A stretch of DNA of 64,000 bases from an uncultured Alphaproteobacteria bacterium (GCA_963833955.1 CAWHZY010000007.1:111943-175942); one strand, 5' to 3'; positions 9,681-20,641 are shown, counted from the stretch's first letter. Notes: generated from the letters alone by a model not told the origin. Numbers and translations are program-made.

Positions 9681-10850
9681 ATGAAGATAGGGATGCAGGG
9701 CCTCATCGGCCTCGGCTTGGCGCTGATCGCCGCGTCAGGCGCGGCCGCCGCCGACAAGCCGGTGTTCGGCCTCGTGATGTCGTTCAGCGGATGGTTCCAG
9801 CCGATCGACGCGGACACCATCGCCGGCGCAAAGCTTGCCGTCGACGACATCAATGCGAGCGGCGGGGTGCTGGGCCAGCCGATCGAGATCGTTGAGTTCG
9901 ACAACAAGTCCGATCCGCCGCTCGGCGCGGACGGCGCGATCGACGTCATCAACAAGGGCGCGAAAGCCATCCTCTTTCCTTCCGATTTCGACTTTGGCGC
10001 GCCCGGAGCCTATGTCGCGCAGCAGAACAACGTGATCGCGTTTTCGGCCGCTTCCGATCCGAAGTTCGGCGTACAGGGCGTCGGCCCGCTCGCCTATTCC
10101 CTCTCCAATGCGGCACAGGCGCAAGGGGCGCTGATGGCGGAATGGGCTTACAAGACGAAGGGCTGGCGCAGCGGCTACGTTCTTCTCGACAATACGATCT
10201 CCTACACCAAGTCGCTCTGCGGCAGCTTCGCGACGCGATGGAAGGAACTCGCCGGCGAGCAGGCGCTGCTCGGACAGGACACGTTCCTCAACGGCGATCC
10301 CTCGATCGCCGCGCAAGTGACCCGGATTGCGTCGCTGCCGAAGCCGCCCGACCTGATCTTTCTGTGCTCCTACGCGCCCGGCGGTCCGAGCGCGATCCGG
10401 CAGCTCCGCTCGGCGGGCGTCAATGCCGCGATCCTGACCGGCGAATCGATGGACGGCGACTATTGGATCGGCAGCGTGCCGAACCTCAGCAATTTCTACG
10501 TCGTGAACTACGGCTCGAAATACGGCGACGATCCCAGCGCCGACGTCAACGCCTTCTTCAAGAAGTTTGAAGCCAAGTATGGCAAGAAGGCCGACGTCTC
10601 CTATGGGCTGCGCGGCTACTCGGCCGTTCAGGCCTGGGCCAAGGCGGCCAACGCGGCGGGCTCTTTGGACGGCGACAAGGTGGCGGCGAAGCTCGACACG
10701 TTCAACAAGGCGCCGCTCGTGATCGGGCCGACGACCTGGACGCCAACCTTGCACATCGCCACCGACCGGCCGATGTCGATCATCGGCGTGAAGGACGGCA
10801 AGTTCACCGCCGAGGGCCGGTACTCGCTCGACAAGGTTCCCCCGCTTTAA
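9681..10850 (+). CDS. Branched-chain amino acid-type (Liv) ABC substrate-binding protein
   Basis: Signal peptide; GAKLAVDDINASGGVLGQPIE motif; GGAGG RBS. Confidence 0.88.
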   Translation: MKIGMQGLIGLGLALIAASGAAAADKPVFGLVMSFSGWFQPIDADTIAGAKLAVDDINASGGVLGQPIEIVEFDNKSDPPLGADGAIDVINKGAKAILFPSDFDFGAPGAYVAQQNNVIAFSAASDPKFGVQGVGPLAYSLSNAAQAQGALMAEWAYKTKGWRSGYVLLDNTISYTKSLCGSFATRWKELAGEQALLGQDTFLNGDPSIAAQVTRIASLPKPPDLIFLCSYAPGGPSAIRQLRSAGVNAAILTGESMDGDYWIGSVPNLSNFYVVNYGSKYGDDPSADVNAFFKKFEAKYGKKADVSYGLRGYSAVQAWAKAANAAGSLDGDKVAAKLDTFNKAPLVIGPTTWTPTLHIATDRPMSIIGVKDGKFTAEGRYSLDKVPPL

Positions 10851-10861
10851 GCGGCTTCTCG

Positions 10862-11590
10862 ATGTCGCTCGTCGCCGAAGGCGTCTCCGTTCGCTTCGGC
10901 GGGCTTGCGGCGATCGAGGGCGTCTCGTTCACGCTCGAGCCTGGCGCAATTGTTGGTCTGATCGGACCGAACGGGGCCGGAAAAACGACTCTCGTCAATG
11001 TTCTCTCCGGCTTCCAGAAGCCAAGCGCGGGCGAGGTCCACCTCGAGGGGCGCCGATTTGCCGACGCGACGCCGGACGCTTTTGCCAGAGCCGGAGTCGC
11101 GCGCACCTTTCAGGCGGTGCGGCTGTTCAAGGGGCTCAGCGTGTCGGAGAACCTCGAAGTGAGCCTGGTGGCCAAGGGCGTCAGCCGGAACCGCGCGCGC
11201 GAGCGTGCGAAGGCGCTCCTGGCCGAGTTTTTGCCGGGAGATCGCGGCGCCATGCCTGCCGCCGCATTGACATACGGCGAGGAGCGCAAGGTTGGGATTG
11301 CCCGGGCGCTCGCGCTCGCGCCGCGCTATCTGCTGCTGGACGAGCCGGCCGCCGGCATGGCGGCGGCGGAGGTCGAAGATCTGAGGGGAGCCATCGCCCG
11401 GGTCCGCGCCGCTTACGGCTGCGGAATCCTCGTCATCGAGCACAATATGGCGCTCATTTTTGCGCTCTGCGACCAAATCCACGTGCTGGGCAGCGGGCGG
11501 ACGCTCGCCATCGGCTCGCCGGATGAAATCAGCGCCAATACGACAGTGCGGGAGGCTTATCTCGGCGTGTCGGAAAACGCGCCGGCATGA
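10862..11590 (+). CDS. LivG-like ABC ATP-binding protein
   Basis: FGGL, GPNGAGKTT, ARTFQ, LDEPAAG, IEHNM, EAYLG. Confidence 0.9.
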   Translation: MSLVAEGVSVRFGGLAAIEGVSFTLEPGAIVGLIGPNGAGKTTLVNVLSGFQKPSAGEVHLEGRRFADATPDAFARAGVARTFQAVRLFKGLSVSENLEVSLVAKGVSRNRARERAKALLAEFLPGDRGAMPAAALTYGEERKVGIARALALAPRYLLLDEPAAGMAAAEVEDLRGAIARVRAAYGCGILVIEHNMALIFALCDQIHVLGSGRTLAIGSPDEISANTTVREAYLGVSENAPA

Positions 11591-12336
11591 GCGCTGCCGC
11601 CGAACCGGTCCTTCGCGTCGAAGACCTCACGATCGCTTATGATTCCCTGACCGCCGTCAAGGACGCGGCGTTCGAAGTCGGCGCGGGCGAGATCGTCGCC
11701 ATCATCGGCCCGAACGGCGCCGGCAAAAGCTCGCTTCTCACGGCGATCGCCGCGATCGCGCCCCGCGCGCAAGGCCGCATCGAAATCTGCGGGCGCTCGA
11801 CCGACGGCGTCCCTCGCAGCGAGATCGTAAGGCTCGGCGCCGCGCTGGTTCCGGAGGGGCGGCAAATCTTCTCGAGCCTCTCGGTCCTCGAAAACCTCAA
11901 GCTCGGGGCGACCATCCGGCGTGATGGGGAGATCGCGTCCGATCTCGAAGCGGTCTTCGCCGAGTTTCCCGTTCTCGCCGGGCGGCGCCGTCACATGGCC
12001 GGACTGCTTTCCGGCGGCGAGCAGCAGATGCTCGCGATCGCGCGCGCGCTCATGTCACGGCCGCGCCTGCTCATGCTGGACGAGCCATCGCTCGGCCTTG
12101 CGCCGATGGCGCTCGCTCAAGTCTACGAAAAACTGACCGCGATTCGCTCCCGCGGCGTCGCGATTCTCGTCGCCGAGCAGAATGCGGCGCGCGCCTTTGC
12201 TGTCGCCGACCGCGTTCTCATCATGAGTCACGGCCGTTTCAGCCTGAGCGGGCGGCCGGACGAGATCAGAGCGCATCGCGATTTCGACGGCGCCTATTTT
12301 GGCGTGGCGATGAGCGGCGCGAGCGGGTCCGGATGA
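11587..12336 (+). CDS. LivF-like ABC ATP-binding protein
   Basis: VPEGRQIF, LSGGEQQM, DEPSLGLAP, EQN. Confidence 0.9.
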   Translation: MSAAAEPVLRVEDLTIAYDSLTAVKDAAFEVGAGEIVAIIGPNGAGKSSLLTAIAAIAPRAQGRIEICGRSTDGVPRSEIVRLGAALVPEGRQIFSSLSVLENLKLGATIRRDGEIASDLEAVFAEFPVLAGRRRHMAGLLSGGEQQMLAIARALMSRPRLLMLDEPSLGLAPMALAQVYEKLTAIRSRGVAILVAEQNAARAFAVADRVLIMSHGRFSLSGRPDEIRAHRDFDGAYFGVAMSGASGSG

Positions 12337-13217
12337 GAGAGGCCGCGCAAGTCCTCGTCGATGCAATCAGCGTGGGCGGTCTTTACGCGCTCACCGCGCT
12401 CGGAATCGGCATGATCTTCGGGGTGATGAGGCTGGTGAATTTCGCCCATGCCGACCTGATCACGTTCGCGGGTTACGCGATTCTCCTCTTCTTCACCCAG
12501 TCGACGGCGCTCGCTATCGGCGCCGCCGCGCTCGCCGCGATTGTGCTTGCGCTCGTGACCGAGCGGGCCGCTTTCAGGCCGCTCCGGGGCGCCAATCCGG
12601 AGACATTGCTCGTCTCGTCGTTCGCGGCGAGCTTTTTTCTTGAGAAGACCTTGATCATGGTCGTCGGCGCGCGCCCCAAGGGCGTCGATTTCCTGCCCCA
12701 ATTGGCTCGGCAGGTTGAGATCGCCGGCGTCCGCCTGCAACTCCTCCATCTCGTGACGATCGCCGTGAGCCTTGCGCTTCTCGCCGGCACGACCTGGCTC
12801 CTGCGCGCAACGCGTCTTGGTCTCGAAATGCGGGCGGCGGCGGAGAATTTTCGGATGGCTGAGGCGCTGGGCGTTCGGGCGAACCGCGTCATCGCCGCGG
12901 CCTTCGCCATAAGCGGCCTCCTGGCCGCCGCGGTCGCCTGCATGATCGTTGCGCAGACCGGCCTGGTTCAGCCTCGCATGGGCCTCCAGCTCGTCGTTAT
13001 CGCCTTCGTCGGCACGGTTATCGGCGGTCTTGGCAGCTTGCCTGGAGCGGCAATCGGCGGCTTTGTCGTTGGCGTCGGTTCGATATTGCTGCAAGCGCTC
13101 CTGCCCGAGGCGCTCCGGCCATTCCGCGAGGCGTTCGTCTTTATCGCCGTCGCGCTTGTCCTGATTGTTCGGCCGCTCGGTCTCTTTCCCTCCCGCAGCC
13201 TGCGGCAGCGCATATGA
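12333..13217 (+). CDS. LivH-like ABC permease
   Basis: GVMRLVNFAHA, GGLGSLPGA, RPLGL. Confidence 0.9.
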   Translation: MREAAQVLVDAISVGGLYALTALGIGMIFGVMRLVNFAHADLITFAGYAILLFFTQSTALAIGAAALAAIVLALVTERAAFRPLRGANPETLLVSSFAASFFLEKTLIMVVGARPKGVDFLPQLARQVEIAGVRLQLLHLVTIAVSLALLAGTTWLLRATRLGLEMRAAAENFRMAEALGVRANRVIAAAFAISGLLAAAVACMIVAQTGLVQPRMGLQLVVIAFVGTVIGGLGSLPGAAIGGFVVGVGSILLQALLPEALRPFREAFVFIAVALVLIVRPLGLFPSRSLRQRI

Positions 13218-14296
13218 GCGGGGCTGTTCGAGAAAGCGTCGCGCGCCTCGCGCCCTTGATCCTGCTTGTCGCGCTCGTCATTCTGGTGGCGTGCGCTGCG
13301 ACCTTCGCGCCGATCATTCTGCAAAGACGCGTGACGCAGGCCCTCATCATGCTGGTCGGCGTCGTCGGCCTGTACGTTTTCGCCGGCAACTCAGGCGTAT
13401 TCTCTTTCGGCAACGTCGGTTTCATGGCGATCGCCGCCTATGTGTCGGCGCTGCTCACGATGGCGCCTGCCCAGAAGTCGATCTTCCTGCCGGACCTGCC
13501 GAAATTCCTGGCGGAGCAACATTGGCCGGCGCCCGCGGGCGCGCTCGCCGGCGGCGCGGGCGCCGCGATGATCGGCGCGCTCGTCGGCTTCCCGCTGATG
13601 CGCCTCTCCGGCATTTCGGCGAGCATTGCGACATTCTCGATTCTGGTCGTCGTTTATGTCGGGCTCGGCAACTGGAACTCGGTCACCGGCGGCCAGAACT
13701 CGCTCATGGGGCTGCCCAATTATGTCGGCCTTTGGACCGCGGCGATCTGGGCCGTCGCCGCCATCGCGATCGCCTTCGCCTATCAGGAATCGCGCGGCGG
13801 ATTGCTGCTGCGCGCTTCCCGCGAGGACGAAGTCGCGGCGAGGGCCGCGGGCGTCGATATCGTGCGCCATCGCTGGATCGCCTTCACGCTCAGCGCCTTC
13901 TTGAGCGGCGTCTCCGGGGTGCTGCTCGCGCATTTTCTCGGCACGGTTCGGGTCGAGACCTATTATCTCGACCTGACCTTCCTCATCATCGCGATGCTGG
14001 TGATCGGCGGGGCGGGCAGCCTGACCGGGGCGGTTTTCGGCGCGCTCGCCATATCGGCGCTGACCGAAGCGTTGCGCGAGGCCGAGGTGGGTTTTTCGAT
14101 CGGCGGGACTCACCTCGCAGCGCCGGCCGGACTAGGCGACAGCGCTCTCGCGCTTCTCATGCTCGTCATAATTCTTTATCGGCCCAAGGGCATTGCGGGG
14201 GGCCGCGAAATCGGCTTTCCTTCGCGAAGCGCGTCCCTGGCCGGACGCAATGACGCCCCGCCGCGCGACCCCTCCTCGACCCACGAACTCGAATAG
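13214..14296 (+). CDS. LivM-like ABC permease
   Basis: SFGNVGF, RASREDEVAARAAG, VIGGAGS, RPKGI. Confidence 0.88.
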   Translation: MSGAVRESVARLAPLILLVALVILVACAATFAPIILQRRVTQALIMLVGVVGLYVFAGNSGVFSFGNVGFMAIAAYVSALLTMAPAQKSIFLPDLPKFLAEQHWPAPAGALAGGAGAAMIGALVGFPLMRLSGISASIATFSILVVVYVGLGNWNSVTGGQNSLMGLPNYVGLWTAAIWAVAAIAIAFAYQESRGGLLLRASREDEVAARAAGVDIVRHRWIAFTLSAFLSGVSGVLLAHFLGTVRVETYYLDLTFLIIAMLVIGGAGSLTGAVFGALAISALTEALREAEVGFSIGGTHLAAPAGLGDSALALLMLVIILYRPKGIAGGREIGFPSRSASLAGRNDAPPRDPSSTHELE

Positions 14297-14300
14297 GCCC

Positions 14301-15201
14301 ATGGACGACACGCCTCCGCCTCCGAATGTCGATCCAAGCGCGCTGAGCGAGATCGCCAAGGGCGTCTTCGTCATCGGCGACAGGCGAGTTCCCCTGGTTC
14401 CGAATATCGGCATCGTCCTTGGAGACGACGCGGCGCTTGTTATCGATACAGGCATGGGGCCCGCGAACGGGGCCAAGGTGCTCGAGGTCGCCAAAGACCT
14501 GGCGGGACCGCGCCCGCTGACTTTGACCCTTACCCACTTTCATCCGGAGCATGGCTTCGGCGCGCAGGCCTTCAAGGGCGCCGCCAGGATCATCTACAAT
14601 GAAGCGCAGCGGGACGAGCTCAGGCGCAAGGGCGAAGCTTTCCTCGGCATGTTTCGCACGTTCGGGCCAGCGGTCGCCGCGGCGCTGGAGGGGACGACAA
14701 TCGTCGAGCCGGACGAGGTCTATAGCGGGCCGAGCGCCACGATCGATCTCGGCGGCCGCAGCGTCGAACTGCGCGCAAGCGGGAAGGCGCATACGCTCGG
14801 CGATCAGACCGTGCATGTGCCCGATTGCGGCGTCGTTTTCATGGGCGACCTGGTGGAGGAACGGATGTTCCCGATCTTCCCGTGGTTTCCGCCGGACGAA
14901 GTCGACATCGACGCGGCCAATTGGGCGCGCGTGCTCGAAGCGCTCGCCGCGGAGGCGCCGCGCATCGTGGTTCCTGGGCATGGCGCGCAGGGCGGCGCGG
15001 AAATCGTCCGGACCGTGCGCGACTACATGATCGATCTCGGTCGACGCGTAAAGTCACGCCGCGACAGCCGGGAGGACGCCGACGCGATCGTCGCGGCGCT
15101 TGGTCCCGAGATCCGGAGCGAGCATGCCGGAGTGGAGTCAGCCGGAATGGGTCGATTTCGCGATCCGCTATTTCGCCGCGACGGGCGCGGCGCCCGCGTG
15201 A
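14301..15201 (+). CDS. MBL-fold metallo-hydrolase (probable sequencing frameshift near 15130)
   Basis: VIDTG, THFHPEH, AHTLGD, MGDL, VVPGHG; removing one G gives C-terminus EWSQPEWVDFAIRYF...stop at 15201. Confidence 0.8.
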
Positions 15202-15213
15202 GCGGAGACGAGC

Positions 15214-15786
15214 GTGGCCCGCGCGCTGATTGCGCTTCACTATCAAAACGACATCTGTCACCCGGACGGGAAGATCCCCTTTGCGATCGACCGCGCGGCG
15301 GCGACGTCGACCTCGTTTCTGGAGGCGAGCCGAAAGGCGCTTGGACGCGCGCGCCAACTCGGGCTTGTCATCGCGCATGTTCACATCGCTTTTTCCCCGG
15401 ACTACGCGGACCTGCCGAAACATGGCCGCCTTTTCCGCAAAGTCGCGGAACTCGGCGCCGTGAGGCTCGGCTCGTGGGGCGCCGAAGCCTATGAGGGCTT
15501 CGAGCCGCTCCCCGGCGAGACCTTCCTCATTCACAAAGGCAACAGCGCCTTCTTCGCGACGGGGCTTGACGCGCTCCTGGAAGCCAGCGCCGTGACCGAT
15601 CTCACGATCTGCGGGCTTGCCACGCAATTCTCGGTCGAGCACACAGTCCGGGACGCGGCCGACCGTGGCTTTCAAGTCACGGTCCTCAGGGATTGCTGCG
15701 CTTCGGCCAATGCTCAGGCCGCGGAGGCCGCGTTCGAGGTCATGGCGATGCTGGCGGAAGTGGCGGAATCGACCAACTGGCCTTAG
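15214..15786 (+). CDS. Isochorismatase-family cysteine hydrolase
   Basis: ALIALHYQND, K..NSAF..TGL, GLATQFSVEHTVRDAADRGF; the usual catalytic Asp/Cys positions appear as His/Ser. Confidence 0.8.
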   Translation: MARALIALHYQNDICHPDGKIPFAIDRAAATSTSFLEASRKALGRARQLGLVIAHVHIAFSPDYADLPKHGRLFRKVAELGAVRLGSWGAEAYEGFEPLPGETFLIHKGNSAFFATGLDALLEASAVTDLTICGLATQFSVEHTVRDAADRGFQVTVLRDCCASANAQAAEAAFEVMAMLAEVAESTNWP

Positions 15787-15855
15787 AGCCTTCGGGTCGG
15801 CGCTTGCGTCCGCCAATGCGACGCGACAGACCAACCTTATCATCGGAGCGACTGA

Positions 15856-16648
15856 ATGAACGATCCCGCCGACGTCTTTGCTCTTCCCGGGAAGCTGCGC
15901 GTTGTGGTCACGGCCGGCGCATCGGGCATCGGGCGCGCCGCCGCCGACCTCTTGATCGCGCGCGGCGCGCAGGTCCATATCTGCGACGTCTCCGACGCGT
16001 TCCTCGCCGACTACCGCGCCGCGCATCCCAAGGCTGGAGTGACGAAGGCTGACGTCGCTTCGGACGCCGACGTGGCCCGTCTGTTCGATGACGTCAAAGC
16101 CTCCCTTGGCGGAACTCGACGCGCTGATCAACAACGCCGGCATCGCCGGGCCAACCGGCGGCGTCGAGGAAATCAAGCCCGAAGATTGGCGCCGCACCAT
16201 CGACATCTGCCTGACGGGACAATTTCTCTGCGCGCACTTCGCCGTCCCGATGCTCAAGGCGGCCGGCGGCGGCTCGATCGTCAATCTGTCCTCCGCCGCG
16301 GGACGCTTTGGCTACGCCTTCCGGACACCCTATTCGGCGGCCAAGTTTGGCGTTATCGGATTGACCCAGAGCCTCGCCAAGGAGCTGGGGCCGGCTAACA
16401 TTCGCGTGAACGCAATTCTGCCAGGCATCGTCGAGGGACCACGGATGACCGGAGTGATCGAGGCGCGCGCCAAGCAGACGGGCGTCAGTTACGAGGCGAT
16501 GGAAAAGACTTATCTCGAGCGGGTCTCGATGCGGCGAATGGTGACCGCGGGCGACGTCGCCGCGACGATCGCATACCTATTGTCCCCGGCGGGGCGGAAC
16601 GTATCCGGCCAATCGATCGGCGTGGACGCCAATGTCGAGACGTTGTGA
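15856..16648 (+). CDS. Short-chain dehydrogenase/reductase (probable sequencing frameshift near 16112)
   Basis: TAGASGIG in ORF 15856; NNAG, YSAAK, RVNAILPG in ORF 16088. Confidence 0.88.
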
Positions 16649-16677
16649 CGGATAGGCTGCCGGCGTCGGAGGGCGAT

Positions 16678-17625
16678 ATGGCAAAAGTGGCGGTGATCGG
16701 GTCCGGTTTCGTCGGCCGCGCCTGGGCGATCAGCTTCGCGCGCGCTGGTTGCGAAGTCGCCCTGTGGGATCAGGACAAGGAGGCGCCCGGCAAGGCCCGG
16801 GCCTATATCGAGAAGCTTTTGCCGGAGCTTGAGGCCAACGATCTTCTGAACGGGGCCGCGGCCAGCGAAGTCGGCGCGCGGATTGGCGCGGCGACAACCC
16901 TCGAGGCGGCGCTTGAAGGAACGGTCCACGTCCAGGAGAACACGCCGGAGGATGTCGAGGTAAAGCGCGCGGTGTTCGCGCGCCTCGACGCGGCGGCGCC
17001 GGCCGACACCGTGCTGGCGAGCTCGACTTCCGCCATTCTGCCCTCGGCCTTCACCGAAAACCTGAAAGGTCGCGCGCGCTGTCTCGTCGTCCACCCGATC
17101 AATCCGCCGTACCTCATTCCCGCCGCCGAAGTGGTCCCGGCGCCCTGGACGGACTTAGGCGTTGTCGAGCGCACGGCGACGTTTCTGCGTTCGGCCGGTC
17201 ATGCGCCGATCGTCATGAAGCGCGAGCTCGACGGCTTCGTCATGAACCGGCTGCAAGGCGCGCTGCTCGAAGAAGCCTTCCGGCTCGTCGAGCAGGGATA
17301 TGCGGGGGTTGAGGACGTCGACGTCGGGATTCGCGAAGGCCTCGCGTTGCGCTGGTCCTTCATGGGGCCGTTCGAGACCATCGATCTCAATGCGCCCGAA
17401 GGCGTTCGCGACTATGCCGACCGCTATCAGGGCATCTATTCCGGCATCTTCCCGTCGACGCAATGGCGCGTCGATTGGGGCGGGCCTGTCATGGACAAAG
17501 TCGAGGCCGAGCGACGCGAACGCTTGGCCGCGGACCGGCTCGGCGAACGGCAGTCCTGGCGAGATCGCCGCCTGATCGCGCTTGCGGCGCATAAGCGCTG
17601 GGCGGACAAGACCATCGGCGATTAA
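16678..17625 (+). CDS. 3-hydroxyacyl-CoA dehydrogenase family (lambda-crystallin/carnitine dehydrogenase-like)
   Basis: IGSGFVG, QENTPE, SSTS, HPINPPYLIP, NRLQGA, MGPFETIDLNA; GGAGGG RBS. Confidence 0.88.
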   Translation: MAKVAVIGSGFVGRAWAISFARAGCEVALWDQDKEAPGKARAYIEKLLPELEANDLLNGAAASEVGARIGAATTLEAALEGTVHVQENTPEDVEVKRAVFARLDAAAPADTVLASSTSAILPSAFTENLKGRARCLVVHPINPPYLIPAAEVVPAPWTDLGVVERTATFLRSAGHAPIVMKRELDGFVMNRLQGALLEEAFRLVEQGYAGVEDVDVGIREGLALRWSFMGPFETIDLNAPEGVRDYADRYQGIYSGIFPSTQWRVDWGGPVMDKVEAERRERLAADRLGERQSWRDRRLIALAAHKRWADKTIGD

Positions 17626-17657
17626 CGAACAGCGAAGAGACGAGGAAAATCGGTCAT

Positions 17658-18590
17658 ATGGCTCAGTCGAACAAGGTCATCATCACCTGCGCCGTGACGG
17701 GGGCGATCCACACGCCGTCAATGTCGCCGCACCTTCCGGTGACCGCCGACCAGATCGCCGAGGCGGCGATTGGCGCGGCGGAGGCCGGAGCGGCAATCGT
17801 CCACTTGCATGCGCGGAACGAGCAGACCGGCCGCCCCGATCAGACCCCGGAAGCCTTCGCGCGCTTCCTCTCGCGCATCAAGCAGTCGACGAACGCGGTC
17901 ATCAATCTGACCACGGGCGGCGCGCCTTTCATGACGGTGCAGGAGCGTGTGAAGCCTGCGGAGACTTTCAAGCCGGAAGTCGCATCCCTCAACATGGGCT
18001 CGATGAACTTCGGGCTCTTCCCGATGCTCAACCGCTTCAAGACCTTTGAACATGATTGGGAGGCGCAGGCGCTCGAGAACTCACGCGATCTCGTGTTCCG
18101 CAACACGTTCAAGGACATCGAATTCGTCCTGCGCACGCTCGCCGGTTCCGGGACCCGCTTCGAGTTCGAGTGCTACGACATTTCGCACCTCTACAACCTC
18201 AACCACTTCCTTGAGCGGGGCCTCGTCAAGCCGCCGCTGTTCGTCCAAACCGTGTTTGGCATCCTGGGCGGAATCGGTCCTCACCCTGAAGATGTCATGC
18301 ATATGAAGCGCACCGCTGACCGTCTGTTCGGCGCGCAGTACAGATGGTCGGTGCTTGGAGCGGGCCGCAATCAGCTCGCCATCGCCGCAATGGCCGCCGC
18401 GATGGGCGGCAACGTTCGCGTCGGGCTTGAGGATTCGCTCTGGTCGGGACCGGGCAAACTCGCGACGAGCAGCGCCGAGCAGGTTCGCGCCGCCCGTCAG
18501 ATCATCGAGGGCCTTGGCCTCTCGGTCGCGAGCCCGGACGAAGCGCGCGAAATCCTCGAGCTCAAGGGCGGCGACCGGGTGGCGTTCTGA
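17658..18590 (+). CDS. Beta-keto acid cleavage enzyme (BKACE, DUF849, 3-keto-5-aminohexanoate cleavage family)
   Basis: [34 protein letters not shown]. Confidence 0.92.
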   Translation: MAQSNKVIITCAVTGAIHTPSMSPHLPVTADQIAEAAIGAAEAGAAIVHLHARNEQTGRPDQTPEAFARFLSRIKQSTNAVINLTTGGAPFMTVQERVKPAETFKPEVASLNMGSMNFGLFPMLNRFKTFEHDWEAQALENSRDLVFRNTFKDIEFVLRTLAGSGTRFEFECYDISHLYNLNHFLERGLVKPPLFVQTVFGILGGIGPHPEDVMHMKRTADRLFGAQYRWSVLGAGRNQLAIAAMAAAMGGNVRVGLEDSLWSGPGKLATSSAEQVRAARQIIEGLGLSVASPDEAREILELKGGDRVAF

Positions 18591-18606
18591 TTGGCTGGAT
18601 GCGCGG

Positions 18607-19016
18607 TCAAGCCGGCGGCTGAAGGCGACGACGCAAGCTCCGCGGGGATCCGCGCCGGGCGGCCGTCGCGAATCGACGCGGCCAACACCTCGGCGGTGAC
18701 GAGCGCCTTGTCGCCGCGCATGACGCGTTGGTGAAACGTGATCGAGGCGCCGCGCACGGCGGCTACGCTGGTCTCGACGGTCAAGAGATCGTCCATCACC
18801 GCCGACGCCAGAAACTCGATTTTCAGCGAGCGCACGACGAACACGACGCCTGAATTCTCGGCGAGACCCCGATGCGCAGAATCCTCGCCGGCGCAGCCAT
18901 TCGGTGCGGCCGCGCTCAAGGAAGCGCAGATAGGACGCGTGATAAACGCGGCCCGAGAAGTCGGTGTCTTCATAGTAGACGCGAACCCAGAGCGAGTCCG
19001 CCAGCGTATGCGGCAA
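18607..19016 (-). CDS. ybgC: YbgC-family acyl-CoA thioesterase (two probable sequencing frameshifts, ~18875 and ~18635)
   Basis: [29 protein letters not shown]; second frame [10 protein letters not shown]...GRPARIP; AGGAG RBS before TTG. Confidence 0.8.
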
Positions 19017-19201
19017 GGTGTGCTCCTGATATTGACGACGACAAAAGGCGTTTTTGCGCGATCTCGTCAACCGTCATGACGCCAACCAGGCGCATGGCGC
19101 GTTACTTAAGCCAACTCTTGCGCAAGCTTCACCCTGGATTTGCCCGCCCTTCGCCGCAGGGCTAAGACAGGCGACCTGCCCCGAAAAGCGCGGAGAAAAC
19201 C

Positions 19202-20641
19202 ATGGCTGACAAAGCTGACATCGGCGTTATGGGATTGGCGGTCATGGGCGCGAACCTGGCGCGAAACGCGGCGCACAAGGGGTTCGGCGTCGCGGTCTTC
19301 AATCGCAATCACGAGCGCACCGACGCGCTGATCGCCGAGCACGGCAAGGAAGGCCGGTTTTTCCCGGCCAAGGCGCTGCCCGAGTTCATCGCCAGCATCG
19401 CGAAGCCTCGCCCGATTCTGATCATGGTCAAGGCCGGCAAGCCGGTCGACGAGGTGATCGATGAGCTTCTGCCTCAGCTCGAGGAAGGCGACATCATCAT
19501 CGATGGCGGCAATTCGCTCTTCACCGACACCGCGCGACGCTACAAAACCTGCGAAGAGAAAAACATCCGCTTCGTCGGCATGGGCGTTTCCGGCGGCGAG
19601 GAAGGCGCGCTCGAAGGTCCGAGCATGATGCCCGGCGGCGATCGCGAAGCCTGGGACCGCATCGCGCCGATGCTGACCAAGATGGCGGCCCAGGTCGATG
19701 GCGTGCCCTGCTGCACGTATATCGGCCCGCAAGGCGCGGGCCATTACGTCAAGATGGTCCACAACGGCATCGAATATGCCGACATGCAGCTGATCGCCGA
19801 GGCCTACGATCTTATGAAGAGCGTCTACGGCCTCGACGCTCCGGCCATGGCCGACATCTTCCAGACCTGGAAAGAAGGCGATCTCGACAGCTATCTGATC
19901 GAGATCACCGCCGCTGTCCTGCGCAAGACCGACGCAAGCACTGGCAAGCCGCTGGTCGACGTCATCGTCGATGAAGCGGAGCAGAAGGGGACCGGCCGCT
20001 GGACGGCGCAGAACGCGCTCGAGCTCGGCGTGCCGCTGACGGGGATCACCGAGGCGGTGTTCGCCCGCGTCCTCTCCGCCAACCGCGCAATGCGGTTGGA
20101 GCTGGACAAGAAGACGCCCCACCCGAAGTCGGAGACGCGCAAGCCCGAAAAGGCCGAGATCGACGCCATCCGCGACGCGCTCTACGCGTCGAAGATCGTC
20201 GCCTACGCGCAAGGGTTCGAGCAGATGTCGGTCGCTTCCGGCCAGTTCAAATTTGATCTGAAGCTCGGCGACATGGCGACCATCTGGCGCGGCGGATGCA
20301 TCATCCGCGCCCGCTTCCTCGATCGCATCAAGGAAGCCTATGAGCGAAACCCGAAGCTCGCCAACCTTCTGCTCGACGACTACTTCCGGGAGGGCGTTGT
20401 CAGGACAGAGGGCGCATGGCGGCGTGTGCTTGGACTGGCGATCGCCAACGGCGTGCCGACGCCTGCTTTCTCCTCGTCGCTGGCCTATTACGACGGGCTG
20501 CGTCGCGCGCGGGGCCCGACGAACCTGCTGCAGGGCCTGCGCGACTATTTCGGCGCCCACACCTATCGCCGCCTCGACAGGCAAGGCAGTTTTCATACCC
20601 GCTGGAGCCAGGACGGGAACGAGGTCAAAGTCGAGAGCTGA
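19202..20641 (+). CDS. gnd: NADP-dependent 6-phosphogluconate dehydrogenase
   Basis: GLAVMG, GVSGGEEGA, VKMVHNGIEY, QKGTG, WRGGCIIRA, RDYFGAHTY. Confidence 0.97.
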   Translation: MADKADIGVMGLAVMGANLARNAAHKGFGVAVFNRNHERTDALIAEHGKEGRFFPAKALPEFIASIAKPRPILIMVKAGKPVDEVIDELLPQLEEGDIIIDGGNSLFTDTARRYKTCEEKNIRFVGMGVSGGEEGALEGPSMMPGGDREAWDRIAPMLTKMAAQVDGVPCCTYIGPQGAGHYVKMVHNGIEYADMQLIAEAYDLMKSVYGLDAPAMADIFQTWKEGDLDSYLIEITAAVLRKTDASTGKPLVDVIVDEAEQKGTGRWTAQNALELGVPLTGITEAVFARVLSANRAMRLELDKKTPHPKSETRKPEKAEIDAIRDALYASKIVAYAQGFEQMSVASGQFKFDLKLGDMATIWRGGCIIRARFLDRIKEAYERNPKLANLLLDDYFREGVVRTEGAWRRVLGLAIANGVPTPAFSSSLAYYDGLRRARGPTNLLQGLRDYFGAHTYRRLDRQGSFHTRWSQDGNEVKVES

